Assembly (NCBI GenBank): GCA_035548315.1
Contig: DASZTF010000044.1
Coordinates: 95,484 to 159,483, forward strand
Direction of reading: 5' to 3'
Length of the DNA stretch: 64,000 bases
DNA from: Minisyncoccota bacterium
GTDB taxonomy: Bacteria > Patescibacteriota > Minisyncoccia > Phycocordibacterales > Phycocordibacteraceae
Every line of letters begins with the position of its first letter. Position 1 is the stretch's first letter. The notes under the pieces are model-generated. The model searched no databases and was not told where the DNA came from. It was given only the letters and a program-made list of their open reading frames with translations. Below, one piece after another: positions 18,727 to 28,429 of this stretch. Position numbers and translations under genes: made by a program.

Positions 18727-19569
18727 ATGCTTACTTTCTTTCAGGCCGTAGTACTCGGTGCGCTGCAGGGATTTACCGAACTGTTCCCGATTTCAAGCCT
18801 CGGGCACACGGTGATACTGCCGTCGCTGCTCGGCTGGAACGTCGATCAGGCCGATCCGTTCTTCGTCTCGTTCCTCGTGCTGACCCACCTCGCTACGGCG
18901 ACGGTGCTCTTCCTGTTCTTCTTGCCAGACTGGGTGCGGATTATCAAAGGATTTTTCACTACCTTCGACACAAAGCAGATCGCGGCTAATACCTATGCGC
19001 GTTTTGCCTGGCTCATCGTCGTCGCGACGATTCCGGGCGGCCTGCTTGGGCTTTTGTTCCAGAAGAAGCTCGAGGCGCTTTTTGCCACTCCGTCTATCGC
19101 TGCGGTATTCCTCATCAGTAACGGACTCATGCTCTTTTTCGCAGAGTATCTCGTGCGGCGGCGCAAGACGGGTGGGTCTGCGGAAGATGCGCGTATCGCG
19201 CGTATGCCGTGGCGTTCCGCGTTCGGCATCGGTCTCATGCAGGCGCTCGCGCTCCTGCCGGGGTTCTCGCGTACGGGCGCTGCGCTCTCGGGTGGTCTCA
19301 TCGCGGGGCTCAATCATTCGGATGCCGCGCGCTTCGCCTTCCTCCTTGCGACTCCCATCATCCTCGCCGCAGCCATACTCAAGGTGCCCCATCTCGTGAT
19401 CGGTGGCGGCATGCCGCTCATCGTCGCGCTCGCAGGCGCCCTTTCAGCGGCGGTTTTCGCCTATTTCTCAGTGAAGTTCCTCACGCGCTACTTCACGACT
19501 AAATCGCTTACGCCGTTTGCGGTGTACTGTGTGTTCGCGGGTGTCGTCGCGCTCGCACTGATCGCTTAG
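18727..19569 (+). CDS. uppP: Undecaprenyl-diphosphatase BacA/UppP
   Basis: QGFTELFPISSLGH; Q-LALLPGFSRTG. Confidence 0.95.
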   Translation: MLTFFQAVVLGALQGFTELFPISSLGHTVILPSLLGWNVDQADPFFVSFLVLTHLATATVLFLFFLPDWVRIIKGFFTTFDTKQIAANTYARFAWLIVVATIPGGLLGLLFQKKLEALFATPSIAAVFLISNGLMLFFAEYLVRRRKTGGSAEDARIARMPWRSAFGIGLMQALALLPGFSRTGAALSGGLIAGLNHSDAARFAFLLATPIILAAAILKVPHLVIGGGMPLIVALAGALSAAVFAYFSVKFLTRYFTTKSLTPFAVYCVFAGVVALALIA

Positions 19570-20072
19570 CTGTTCTCGGCTTCGTGCTGGATAGAGGCGA
19601 GGTCTATTTTCTGCTCCATCTCGCGGAGCGCTTCGTCTTTGCGGATGCGCACGCCGAGGTGGCCGTGCAGTCTCTCGATAAGTTCGATGATCTTAGTGAT
19701 CTCTTCTTCGGCGCGTACGTTGATCTCGAAGTCCATTTTCTGGCGCACGTCTGCGATGCGCCCGGCCCGATTCTGGCTCATGAGCACGATGATGGCGAGG
19801 AAGATGGCTTCGAGCGAAACCACCATCGTGAGGAAGTTATAGGGGTAGGGGTCAAAGGTCGGGCCGAACGCACCTGAATTGAGGACGAACCACAGCACGA
19901 ATACGACGAGGTTCAGCAAGAAGAACCAGGTCGTGCCGAAGAGTTCCGTGAGGAAGTCGGCCACGCGGTCGGTCCAGCGGGTAGAGAATTCGATGCGGGA
20001 TTTGAGCCCTGCGGAGAGGTGTTCGGTGGTGAGGGGGCCTTTGTGGTCGCGGACGCGCGGGTGGTCTTTCAT
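19566..20072 (-). CDS. DUF1003 membrane protein
   Basis: FDPYPYNFL..SLEAIFL..LMSQNR. Confidence 0.9.
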   Translation of the reverse strand: MKDHPRVRDHKGPLTTEHLSAGLKSRIEFSTRWTDRVADFLTELFGTTWFFLLNLVVFVLWFVLNSGAFGPTFDPYPYNFLTMVVSLEAIFLAIIVLMSQNRAGRIADVRQKMDFEINVRAEEEITKIIELIERLHGHLGVRIRKDEALREMEQKIDLASIQHEAENS

Positions 20073-20110
20073 GCGTCCACTATAGCGTAGCGCCGGGGTA
20101 GGGAACGAGG

Positions 20111-20785
20111 TTATACCCGCAGGCGGTAGCCGATCCCGCGCACCGTCTCGATGATGCTATCCGTCTCTCCCTGGTCGAGTTTGCGGCGGAGGTTCTTCAT
20201 GTGGACGTCGATTACATTGCTGAACGATTCGTAGTTGAAGTCCCAGAGGTGGGTGAGCAGGTCCTCGCGATTTATCACTTCGTTCGGGTGGCGCATAAAG
20301 TACTCGAGCAGCATAAACTCCTTGAGGGTAAGCTCGATTGGTTTGTGTGCGCGCTTCACGGTGTGCGCCGCCGGGTCAAGCTCGATGTCGGATACTTTGA
20401 GCACGGAAGGCTTTGATTCCTGGGGGCGGCGAGAGAGGGCGTGGATGCGTGCGATGAGCTCTTCAAATGAGAAGGGCTTCACGAGGTAGTCATCGGCACC
20501 CGAGAGAAGGAGCTCCACTTTCATCTCGACTTTATTCTCGCCAGTCAGGATGAGAATCGGGGTCGTGACCTCTCGCGCACGCGCTTCGCGCGTGACTTCT
20601 ACCCCCGACATGCTGGGGAGCATGAGGTCGAGGATCACGAGGTCATAATCGCTCCGGTGGAGCGAGATACGATTGAGCGCCTGCTCGCCGTCATCGATCA
20701 CGTCTACCGCAAAGCCCTTCTTCGTAAGGCCATCCTTAAGAGTCTCGGCAAGCTTTGGTTCGTCTTCCACTACGAGGATACGCAT
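20111..20785 (-). CDS. OmpR-family response regulator
   Basis: ILVVEDE, ILDLMLP, GADDYLVKPF, TVRGIGY. Confidence 0.95.
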   Translation of the reverse strand: MRILVVEDEPKLAETLKDGLTKKGFAVDVIDDGEQALNRISLHRSDYDLVILDLMLPSMSGVEVTREARAREVTTPILILTGENKVEMKVELLLSGADDYLVKPFSFEELIARIHALSRRPQESKPSVLKVSDIELDPAAHTVKRAHKPIELTLKEFMLLEYFMRHPNEVINREDLLTHLWDFNYESFSNVIDVHMKNLRRKLDQGETDSIIETVRGIGYRLRV

Positions 20786-20819
20786 ACGGTGTTCAAATAC
20801 TACGTGCTAATGGCCCCAT

Positions 20820-20863
20820 CATGAAGCATGGCCCATGAGGCCTTCATGAAGAACTTCATGAAG
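20820..20863. promoter_or_regulatory. CATGAAG repeat cluster upstream of the response regulator
   Basis: Four CATGA(A/G)G copies, including two CTTCATGAAG palindromes. Confidence 0.55.
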
Positions 20864-20867
20864 CCGC

Positions 20868-21245
20868 TTATGTCTCGGCCATTTGACGGGTCGTGAGGAC
20901 TGTTTCTATATCACGAAGCCCCACGGGCTTCGTGAGGTGGTGATCGAAACCGGCCTCGCGGGCGCGTTCCCGGTCTTCGTACTGGCCGTAGCCCGTGAGC
21001 GCGATAATAAGAGGGTGATAGGAGAGCTCGCTGCGGAGTTTACTTGCCACCTCATAACCATTGATGTCGGGGAGACCGATATCGAGAATGATTACTTCTG
21101 GATTGAAGTCTCGGGCGAGGTTTTCCACACCCTCTCCTTGGTGGGCGAGTTTGAGGGTATGGCCACGGAACTCAAGGAGCTGTGCGAGTCCCGCAGCGGC
21201 GGCTTCGTTGTCGTCGACGATGAGAATACGGTAGGTGGGTTGCAT
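20868..21245 (-). CDS. Single-domain response regulator
   Basis: LIVDDN, LDIGLPD, ALTGYG, AGFDHHLTKP. Confidence 0.92.
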   Translation of the reverse strand: MQPTYRILIVDDNEAAAAGLAQLLEFRGHTLKLAHQGEGVENLARDFNPEVIILDIGLPDINGYEVASKLRSELSYHPLIIALTGYGQYEDRERAREAGFDHHLTKPVGLRDIETVLTTRQMAET

Positions 21246-21356
21246 GGGCAATAGAAGTTAGGTAGACGGCTCAACACATGCCATTGTACGGACCATGCGT
21301 AAACATTCGATGAACTTCATCGTGCGCCATTTTCCATGAAGGAACGATGAAGGTAC

Positions 21357-22226
21357 TTAATTGGGGAAATCTACCAAGTACGTATTGATATCTCGCTGGT
21401 CCATGTCGTAGAAGTATTCGTCGTCGTTGTGCAGCTGAATGGCGAGGGTTTTGCCTACAAAGCGCCAGTGCCATGGCTCAAAGACGTAGAACGAATTCCC
21501 CGGCGGGTACGAAAGGATGAATCCGTAGCGGTAGGCATTTTTGGTGAGCCAGGTGTAGGCATCGGTTTTATCAAAGCCGTCGAGAGTACCATTGAGGCTC
21601 TCGGTCGTGAAATCGATTGCCGTACCGAGCTGGTGCTCGGAGTAGCCCTGGTCTGCGGAGAATGCGTTCGCGCCCGAGCCGTAGGTGACCTTGTACTCTG
21701 ATTTGAGCGAGGCCTGATCGCTGAATGAGCGGTACGCGGAGAGCACTTCGAGGTCGACATGGTCGCGCTTTGCGGCGTCCATGAGCTGCTCGAGACGGGG
21801 CAGTGCGCTTGTGAGGAATTGGTAGTCCTTGTCATCGGGGTAGGTGTAGCGAGACGGGATATCCTCGAGAGACGCTGGGACGTAGTTCTCATTCAGGAAG
21901 TAGACCTTCGAATACTTGGCGAGGAGCTGCGGGTCGGTGCTCGCCAGTTTGTTGAGCGTCCCCACCTGGCTTGTGAGTTTGCTGATCTGATTCTGGAAGT
22001 CAGCATTCCGTGCCTGCTCGGCGGAGAGCGCATCAGAGAGCTGCTGGTTGGTCGAGGAGGCATCCGCGAGCTGGCTCTCGAGCGTGGCTACCTGGGCGTC
22101 GTACGCAGTGACCTGGGTGGTGTATTGCGTGTACCCCCAATAACCACCCCCGCCTGCGGCTATAAGGAGCACAAGGATGATCGCAAGGGCAAAGGGTGAG
22201 AGCGGGGCGGGGTGCTGATGGTCCAT
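21357..22226 (-). CDS. M15B (VanY-like) D,D-carboxypeptidase with TM and coiled coil
   Basis: SAYRS, SEHQLGTAID, EPWHWR. Confidence 0.9.
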   Translation of the reverse strand: MDHQHPAPLSPFALAIILVLLIAAGGGGYWGYTQYTTQVTAYDAQVATLESQLADASSTNQQLSDALSAEQARNADFQNQISKLTSQVGTLNKLASTDPQLLAKYSKVYFLNENYVPASLEDIPSRYTYPDDKDYQFLTSALPRLEQLMDAAKRDHVDLEVLSAYRSFSDQASLKSEYKVTYGSGANAFSADQGYSEHQLGTAIDFTTESLNGTLDGFDKTDAYTWLTKNAYRYGFILSYPPGNSFYVFEPWHWRFVGKTLAIQLHNDDEYFYDMDQRDINTYLVDFPN

Positions 22227-22281
22227 ATAGAGCCATGATGCGCGGGTCCGGGGGAAATGGCAAATGCGCTACACTGGGAGC

Positions 22282-22908
22282 ATGTACGGGCTCACGAAGG
22301 GGGAGGAGGCGCGGCTGCGAAAGCTCACGACGCCCGCCATGATCCAAGATTTCCTCGACGCCATCCCCATGAATCACGAGAAGCAGGGCGAGACCCATCG
22401 CTCGGTGCACGCAGCGCTTACGGCGGACAAAGCGCACTGCATCGAGGGCGCGCTCATCGCCGCTGCAGCGCTGATGCTCCAGGGCGAGAAGCCGCTCCTC
22501 ATGGACCTCACGGCGCACCGGCCGGACGACGACCATGTGGTCGCGCTCTATAAGAAGAACGGCTACTGGGGCGCGATTTCCAAGACCAATCATCCCACCA
22601 TCCGCTTCCGCGATCCGGTTTATAGGACGCTGCGCGAGCTTGCGCTCTCATATTTCCACGAGTGGTTCATGAACGGGGACGGGAAGAAGACGCTCAAGAG
22701 TTTCTCGAAGCCTCTCAATCTTAGGAAGTTCGGTACCGATTGGATCACGAGCGAAAAAGATCTGTGGTATTTGGATAAAGTACTGAATCAGCTCCCGCAC
22801 TATGCGCTCGTGCCAAAGGGGAACGCAAAATACATCCGAACTGCAGACAAAATGGAGCTCGCTGCAGGCAGGATCATCGAGTGGCCAGAATCAGATACGC
22901 GCACGTAA
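22282..22908 (+). CDS. Conserved hypothetical, possible transglutaminase-like fold
   Basis: AHCIEGAL and DDHVVAL could supply Cys/His; TACACT-N6-ATG. Confidence 0.7.
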   Translation: MYGLTKGEEARLRKLTTPAMIQDFLDAIPMNHEKQGETHRSVHAALTADKAHCIEGALIAAAALMLQGEKPLLMDLTAHRPDDDHVVALYKKNGYWGAISKTNHPTIRFRDPVYRTLRELALSYFHEWFMNGDGKKTLKSFSKPLNLRKFGTDWITSEKDLWYLDKVLNQLPHYALVPKGNAKYIRTADKMELAAGRIIEWPESDTRT

Positions 22909-25900
22909 CTAGTCGATTTCAGCAGACTCGCGCGGGGAGCGGTAGAAGAGCACCGGGACGAGCACAAGGGTGAGGATGATCGCGAAGGAAAGCCCGAACA
23001 TGATCGAGAACGCGAGCGGGCCCCAAGTCGGATCGGAAAGGGCGAGCGGTACCATACCGATCACGGTGGTGATGGTGGTGAGAGCGATGGGGCGCAGCCG
23101 AGTGGCCGAGGATTCCACCACGGCGTCGATAAGGGGCTCGTCCGGATGTGCGCGGACGCGGTGGAGCATTGAGTCCATGAGAATGATGGCGTGGTTGATA
23201 ATCACGCCACCAAGCGCGATCACGCCAAGTAGCGAAGTGAATGAAATCGGTTGGCCCGTGAGCGCAAGGCCGTCGAGCACGCCGATAAGTGAGAGCGGCA
23301 CGATCACGAGCAGGTGGAGCGTGTGACGGATGGAGTTGAAGGAGATGATGAGGATCATAAACATGAGCACGAGCCCCGCGATGAGCGCGAAGAACATCTG
23401 GGTGAACGACTGGTTCACGTCCTCGGTCTCCCCGCCGTAGGAGACGGTGATGCCAGCAGGGAGGTTGAGCTCACCCACACGCTTCTCGAATTCTGCGACA
23501 ACGCCATTGGTGGTGGCACTGCTGCTCGGGTATGCGCTCACGGTCTCGATGCGCATCTTGTCTTTGTGGTTGATCGCAGCGTTGCTCTGGCCAAGCGAGG
23601 GCTCGAGCACCGAACCGAGTAGTACCGGGCCCTTGCTGCCGGTCACGGTGAGATTCTCGATCGATTCGATAGTGGTCTGGTTCGTGGTGTCGGGGGTGGT
23701 GTACGCCGGGTTGAGATTCACTTTCACCACGACGTCGATGTCCTGGTCGGGCTGGGTGATGCTCGTGGCTTTTGCGCCCTGGATAGCCGTGCGGAGCGTG
23801 GACGCAATTTGCACGGGCGAGACACCGAGCGCTGCGGCTTTGCCGCGGTTTACCGTGAGGTCAAACTCGTTGCCGTTACTCTCGGTGCTCGACTGGATGT
23901 TGGTCGCGCCCGCGATGGTGGAGAGCAACTGGCGACCCTTATCCGCTGCGGTCACGAGTGCATCGAGGTCATTACCTTCAAACTGGATCTGGATAGGCGC
24001 CCCGGAGGACGGCCCGTTGTCAGCCTGGAGCACCTCTACGCGCGCATCGTGGACGACCGCCAGTTTCTGCTGGAGCTCGCTCACGACTTGGCCACTGGTT
24101 TTCTTGTGGCCCTTAGGGAGGTTCACGGTGATGTTCGCTTGATTGGCGCCGGAAGAACCCTGGCCCGTGAGATTGCTGCTCGCGCCCACGGTGGTCTGGA
24201 ATGAAGAGATATCGGGATCGGTGTAGAGGATCTCCTCGACTTCGCGGGTAGCGAGGTCGGTCTCGGCAAGCGTGGTGCCCTGTGGCTTCTCGATGTTGAG
24301 GTAGACGAAGTCCATGTCTGCGGCAGGGAAGAACACGGTCTGCACGAGCCCGGTGAATGGCAGGATGAGCGACGTCACGAACCCGAGCCCGAGCGCCCAC
24401 AGGAAGATGCGCTGCGCGCGGCGGTTCTCGAGCACGCGGCGGAGTCGGTGCTTGTACCATTCGGTCGCGCGGTGGGTGTACTCTTCCTGTGCGCGTTCAA
24501 GGCGATTGGGTTCGAGCTTGGTAAAGAGCACCGCAATGAGCGGTACGATGCCGAGCGCGACAAAAATAGACGCGAGAAGGACGAAGATAAGCGTATACGG
24601 AATCCCCGCGATGAATTTACCCACGATACCCGAGATAAAGAAGAGCGGTGCGAACACCGCGACCGTGGCCATGGTGCCGGCGATGAGCGGCCACGCGTAG
24701 TCGTGGAGTGCTGCTTTTGCGGCCTGCATTTTCCCGCCGTAGATGCGCATGCGCGCGTGGATGGCTTCGGTGACCACGATGCCGGAGTCGACCAAGATGC
24801 CGACCGCGAGGATGAGCGCAAACAGGCTGATGAAGTTGAGCGTATTGCCCGTGAAGTAGAGTCCGATGAATGCGATGAGGAAGGAGAGCGGGATAGCGAG
24901 CGCGGCGACGAGCGACTCGCGCCACCCGATAGTGAGGAGGAGCGCGATGATCACGAGCGCGACGGTTTCAAGACCGGTCTCCGAGAGGCTGCCGAGTTGC
25001 TGATTGATCTGCACGCTCTGGTCGGTCGCCGGCGAGACGAAGACGTCCATGCCCTTGAGCGTGGTCGCTTGGAGATCAGCGAGTTTCTTATCTGCCGCTG
25101 CCGCGACGCCCTGGATGCTCGCGCCCGATTGACGGTAGACCAAGAGGGTAATCGCGTTATCGCTCGGCTTGCCGTTAAGCGAGAGACGGGAGTAGGTGCT
25201 CGCCGGCGCAAGGCCGTCTGAAATGGTCGCGATATCGGACAGGTACACGGGCGTCTCGCCACGCGTACCCACCACGATCCCGGGGATCTGCGAGGGATCG
25301 TCGATACCGCCTTTGAAATTGATGTCGTAGTTCACGCCGTCGAGCGAAATGCTGCCGGCAGGGAGCGCGGTGTTCGCGCTCTGCACTGCCTGCACCACCG
25401 TGGAGAGATCGAGCCCGTACTGCTCGAGCGCGGACGCGCGGACGATCACGTCCACTTCGCGTGCGGGCACGCCGGCGACGGTCACCTCGGACACGCCGTT
25501 GATTGTCTTGAGTTCGTCCGAGACTTCTTTTCCGAGTGCGGAGAATTCCGTGGGGGGAAGGCTGCCGGAGATCGACGCGACGAGGATGGGCTGATCATTG
25601 AAACTGACCTTCGAGACGATGGGTACCTGCGCTTCGGTGGGGAGCTCGGGCTGCGCGCGCGAGACGGCGTCGCGCAGGTCCTGGAGTGCCTGTACGGAAT
25701 CAGCGTTCGCATCGAACTGCACGATCACTGTCGAGACACCGCTCGACGAATTGGATGTCATCGTGTCGATGTGGCTCACACCCGAGACCTGGTTCTCGAC
25801 CTTATCGGTGACGAGCGTCTCGATGTCTTCTGCAGAAGCGCCCGGCAGGATGGTGGTCACCACCGCGTAGGGGATATCAATCGACGGCGTGTTCTCTTTG

Positions 25901-26001
25901 GGGATCGCAAAGAGCACGAAGAGGCCGGCGAGAACGAGCGTGGTGATGAGGACGTAGCTGAACTGCCGGCGCTCGAGGAAGAAGTTCCAGAGAGGCAGCA
26001 T
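22909..26001 (-). CDS. RND family (AcrB/SwrC-like) transporter
   Basis: 1030 aa; GILVDSGIVVTE, RLRPIALTTITT. Confidence 0.93.
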   Translation of the reverse strand: MLPLWNFFLERRQFSYVLITTLVLAGLFVLFAIPKENTPSIDIPYAVVTTILPGASAEDIETLVTDKVENQVSGVSHIDTMTSNSSSGVSTVIVQFDANADSVQALQDLRDAVSRAQPELPTEAQVPIVSKVSFNDQPILVASISGSLPPTEFSALGKEVSDELKTINGVSEVTVAGVPAREVDVIVRASALEQYGLDLSTVVQAVQSANTALPAGSISLDGVNYDINFKGGIDDPSQIPGIVVGTRGETPVYLSDIATISDGLAPASTYSRLSLNGKPSDNAITLLVYRQSGASIQGVAAAADKKLADLQATTLKGMDVFVSPATDQSVQINQQLGSLSETGLETVALVIIALLLTIGWRESLVAALAIPLSFLIAFIGLYFTGNTLNFISLFALILAVGILVDSGIVVTEAIHARMRIYGGKMQAAKAALHDYAWPLIAGTMATVAVFAPLFFISGIVGKFIAGIPYTLIFVLLASIFVALGIVPLIAVLFTKLEPNRLERAQEEYTHRATEWYKHRLRRVLENRRAQRIFLWALGLGFVTSLILPFTGLVQTVFFPAADMDFVYLNIEKPQGTTLAETDLATREVEEILYTDPDISSFQTTVGASSNLTGQGSSGANQANITVNLPKGHKKTSGQVVSELQQKLAVVHDARVEVLQADNGPSSGAPIQIQFEGNDLDALVTAADKGRQLLSTIAGATNIQSSTESNGNEFDLTVNRGKAAALGVSPVQIASTLRTAIQGAKATSITQPDQDIDVVVKVNLNPAYTTPDTTNQTTIESIENLTVTGSKGPVLLGSVLEPSLGQSNAAINHKDKMRIETVSAYPSSSATTNGVVAEFEKRVGELNLPAGITVSYGGETEDVNQSFTQMFFALIAGLVLMFMILIISFNSIRHTLHLLVIVPLSLIGVLDGLALTGQPISFTSLLGVIALGGVIINHAIILMDSMLHRVRAHPDEPLIDAVVESSATRLRPIALTTITTVIGMVPLALSDPTWGPLAFSIMFGLSFAIILTLVLVPVLFYRSPRESAEID

Positions 26002-26003
26002 GG

Positions 26004-27494
26004 TTACGGCGTGTCGACGATGACGGTCTCGCCATCGGTGAGCCCACGGGCATCGGTCACGATCATGAGGTCTGGAGTGAGTCCCGTGAGCACGGTGACC
26101 TGATCACCGAGGAGCGTGCCGAGTGTAATCGGATGCGCGACGAGCGTACTCGACGCGACCGTGAATACGATCGGGCCCTGCGGCGTGATCTTGGTCGCCA
26201 CGATCGGAATCGCGATGGTCGAGGATGCTGTGACAGGGGTAGTGACGGCCGGGGCCGCAGTGCGCTCGAGCGAGAGCGTTACGGTGTCACCATCGACCAA
26301 GTCACCCTGCGAGGAAAGGTCGATCTTCACCGGGATCTTGCTTGTCGAGGGATCGACCGCGGGCGCGATGCTGGCGATGACGCCGGGGACCGTGCTGTTT
26401 ACCACCGCTTTACCACCCACCGAGAGCGACTTTGCATCAGTCGGCGTCACCTGCGCGTCAATTTCAAGTGCGCGCGGGTTCGATACTTCTGCTACGGTGC
26501 TGAATGCCGCGACGAAATCGCCCTGGGTCACGGGAAGGCTCACCACTGTGCCGGCTACCGGCGAGCGGATGATGGTCTTATCGAGCGCGGCCTTCGCTCC
26601 CTGGAGTGCGCCGAGCGCTTGAAGGACCGTGGCGTCCGCGCCGGCAGAGCCGCTCACGTCCTTCGACTGGTAGGAAGCCTGCGCGGTCGAAAGTGTGGAA
26701 AGAAGTGCGGTGAGGGTGCTCTGCGCCGTCGTAATGGCCGCGAGCTGTGTATCGGTTGCGCGCGAACCGGGCTTGCGCGCCGATGCGGCCAGGTCGTTCG
26801 CGAACGTAGCGAGTGTCTGCGTGTTCGCGTACGCCTCAGCGAGCAGCGACGCAGGATCGGCTGACGCGTCCTGTGCGACGTCCCTCTGCCAGGAGTTCAT
26901 AAGCGTGGTGAGTCCGGTGCGACGGCGCGAGAAATCGGGCGCATTGAAATCATTGGTAAGCAGCTGGGGGCCAAATGGCGTGTACTGCCCGAAGAACTGG
27001 TCGATGTCGTCGTTCAGTGTAGAAGCAGCGGTCGCGTATGCGCTCGCGAATTCATCACGTGCGCTTGCATCGGTGATAGTGGCGGAGCTCGCGCTGCGCG
27101 CAGCGACCGCCGCGTCGTAGGCGCCCTGCGCCTGGGTGACCGCCGCGACCTGGCTGCTGTTCTCGAACGTGCCAATTTGCTGACCGGCCGCGACCTGATC
27201 GCCGATCTTTACCGGGAGGCTCGTGATCTCGCCTGAGGTCTGCGCGAGGATGGTGGCCTGATTGAGCGATGACACCTTACCAATAAGTGACAGAGGACCA
27301 GCGCCCGAAGAGAGACCTGCGGCGCTCTCGAGGGTCACGTGGGGCGTCGCTGGAGGAGCGGGCGGGAGTTCTGCCGCGCGCGTGAAGAAATGCACGAGCA
27401 CCACAATGAGGAGCAGTACAATCACCCCACCGATAATCTGGGTGCGGCGGGAGCGTGTTTTGATCCAATTCCACGGGCGGGTGAGCCAATTCAT
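26004..27494 (-). CDS. RND membrane fusion (adaptor) protein
   Basis: N-terminal TM, lipoyl halves (SGEITSLPVKIGD, IRSPVAGTV), long helical hairpin. Confidence 0.85.
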   Translation of the reverse strand: MNWLTRPWNWIKTRSRRTQIIGGVIVLLLIVVLVHFFTRAAELPPAPPATPHVTLESAAGLSSGAGPLSLIGKVSSLNQATILAQTSGEITSLPVKIGDQVAAGQQIGTFENSSQVAAVTQAQGAYDAAVAARSASSATITDASARDEFASAYATAASTLNDDIDQFFGQYTPFGPQLLTNDFNAPDFSRRRTGLTTLMNSWQRDVAQDASADPASLLAEAYANTQTLATFANDLAASARKPGSRATDTQLAAITTAQSTLTALLSTLSTAQASYQSKDVSGSAGADATVLQALGALQGAKAALDKTIIRSPVAGTVVSLPVTQGDFVAAFSTVAEVSNPRALEIDAQVTPTDAKSLSVGGKAVVNSTVPGVIASIAPAVDPSTSKIPVKIDLSSQGDLVDGDTVTLSLERTAAPAVTTPVTASSTIAIPIVATKITPQGPIVFTVASSTLVAHPITLGTLLGDQVTVLTGLTPDLMIVTDARGLTDGETVIVDTP

Positions 27495-27542
27495 GTGCTA
27501 AAGCATACCATAAAACCTCCAAATCCTCAACGTTTAGGCTAT

Positions 27543-27571
27543 AAAAAGCGGCACCCGATTGCTCGGGTGCC
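27543..27571 (-). terminator. Terminator
   Basis: GGCACCCGA-N4-TCGGGTGCC with T tract on minus strand. Confidence 0.65.
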
Positions 27572-27576
27572 AGATA

Positions 27577-28362
27577 TTAGCGAGGACTTGCCGGGAACGG
27601 ACGTATAAATATTTTGGTCCATTTGTCCGTCGGCTTTTCCTGCGAAGGATCGTCTTCGTTCGGATCGGGCGCGCCATTGGTATCCTTGAAGTAGAACACT
27701 TCCTGCCCAATCGTTATTTGTCGGTGGAAGTCGAGGTAGATGTCGTACCATACCGCGCGCACGATGCTCACGAGGTATGGGTACACTGTCGACTCGTGTG
27801 GCGGGTCTTCATTGTAATCCTCCTTCTCCTCGAGGGGCAGGGGTGCGGGGAGCGGTTTCCTCGTCGTCCCCCGCAACCACAGTGCCTGAAGCTCTTCTGG
27901 ATCGACCCGCGGGATGGGTATAAGGTCCAGCACCGTGGGCCAGAAGTCGAGGAATTTCCAGAGGCGACGCATTTCCTCGATCAGACATCGAAGTGCTGTC
28001 GTGATGGCGCGCGTCTCGTGCCGTTTGCAGGTTTCCGAGGCGGTAGATTCCTTTTCCACTTTGCTCACGCCGCCGCTGGGATACGAGCGCATGACTTCTT
28101 TCCATACGACATCGCGACGGACTTCGTGGACGAGGATGCGCACTGCCCGGGCATGCCGTTCTATACGCCCCGTCTTTGGGTTGAGGATGAGGTATACGTC
28201 GTCATCCTGCAGCTCCTCGTAAAGGTCGCGAAGTGTCTTGATGCCGTTGCGGTCGAATTCGCTCACGAGATTCGGGCGACCGTTCTTGTCTTTCCCGAGC
28301 GCTATGAGCGCGCACATGTCTTCGAAGGTCGACCGATAGTCGACCCGAAGTTGGTCGGCCAT
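27577..28362 (-). CDS. Hypothetical protein with degenerate Nudix-like box
   Basis: SETCKRHETRAITTALRCLIEEM; AAGGA upstream. Confidence 0.65.
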   Translation of the reverse strand: MADQLRVDYRSTFEDMCALIALGKDKNGRPNLVSEFDRNGIKTLRDLYEELQDDDVYLILNPKTGRIERHARAVRILVHEVRRDVVWKEVMRSYPSGGVSKVEKESTASETCKRHETRAITTALRCLIEEMRRLWKFLDFWPTVLDLIPIPRVDPEELQALWLRGTTRKPLPAPLPLEEKEDYNEDPPHESTVYPYLVSIVRAVWYDIYLDFHRQITIGQEVFYFKDTNGAPDPNEDDPSQEKPTDKWTKIFIRPFPASPR

Positions 28363-28429
28363 GGCCTATTCCTTATTGCTGAGATGAACCCCCGTGGCGA
28401 CTCTACTACGTAATGGAGATACGTAAAGC

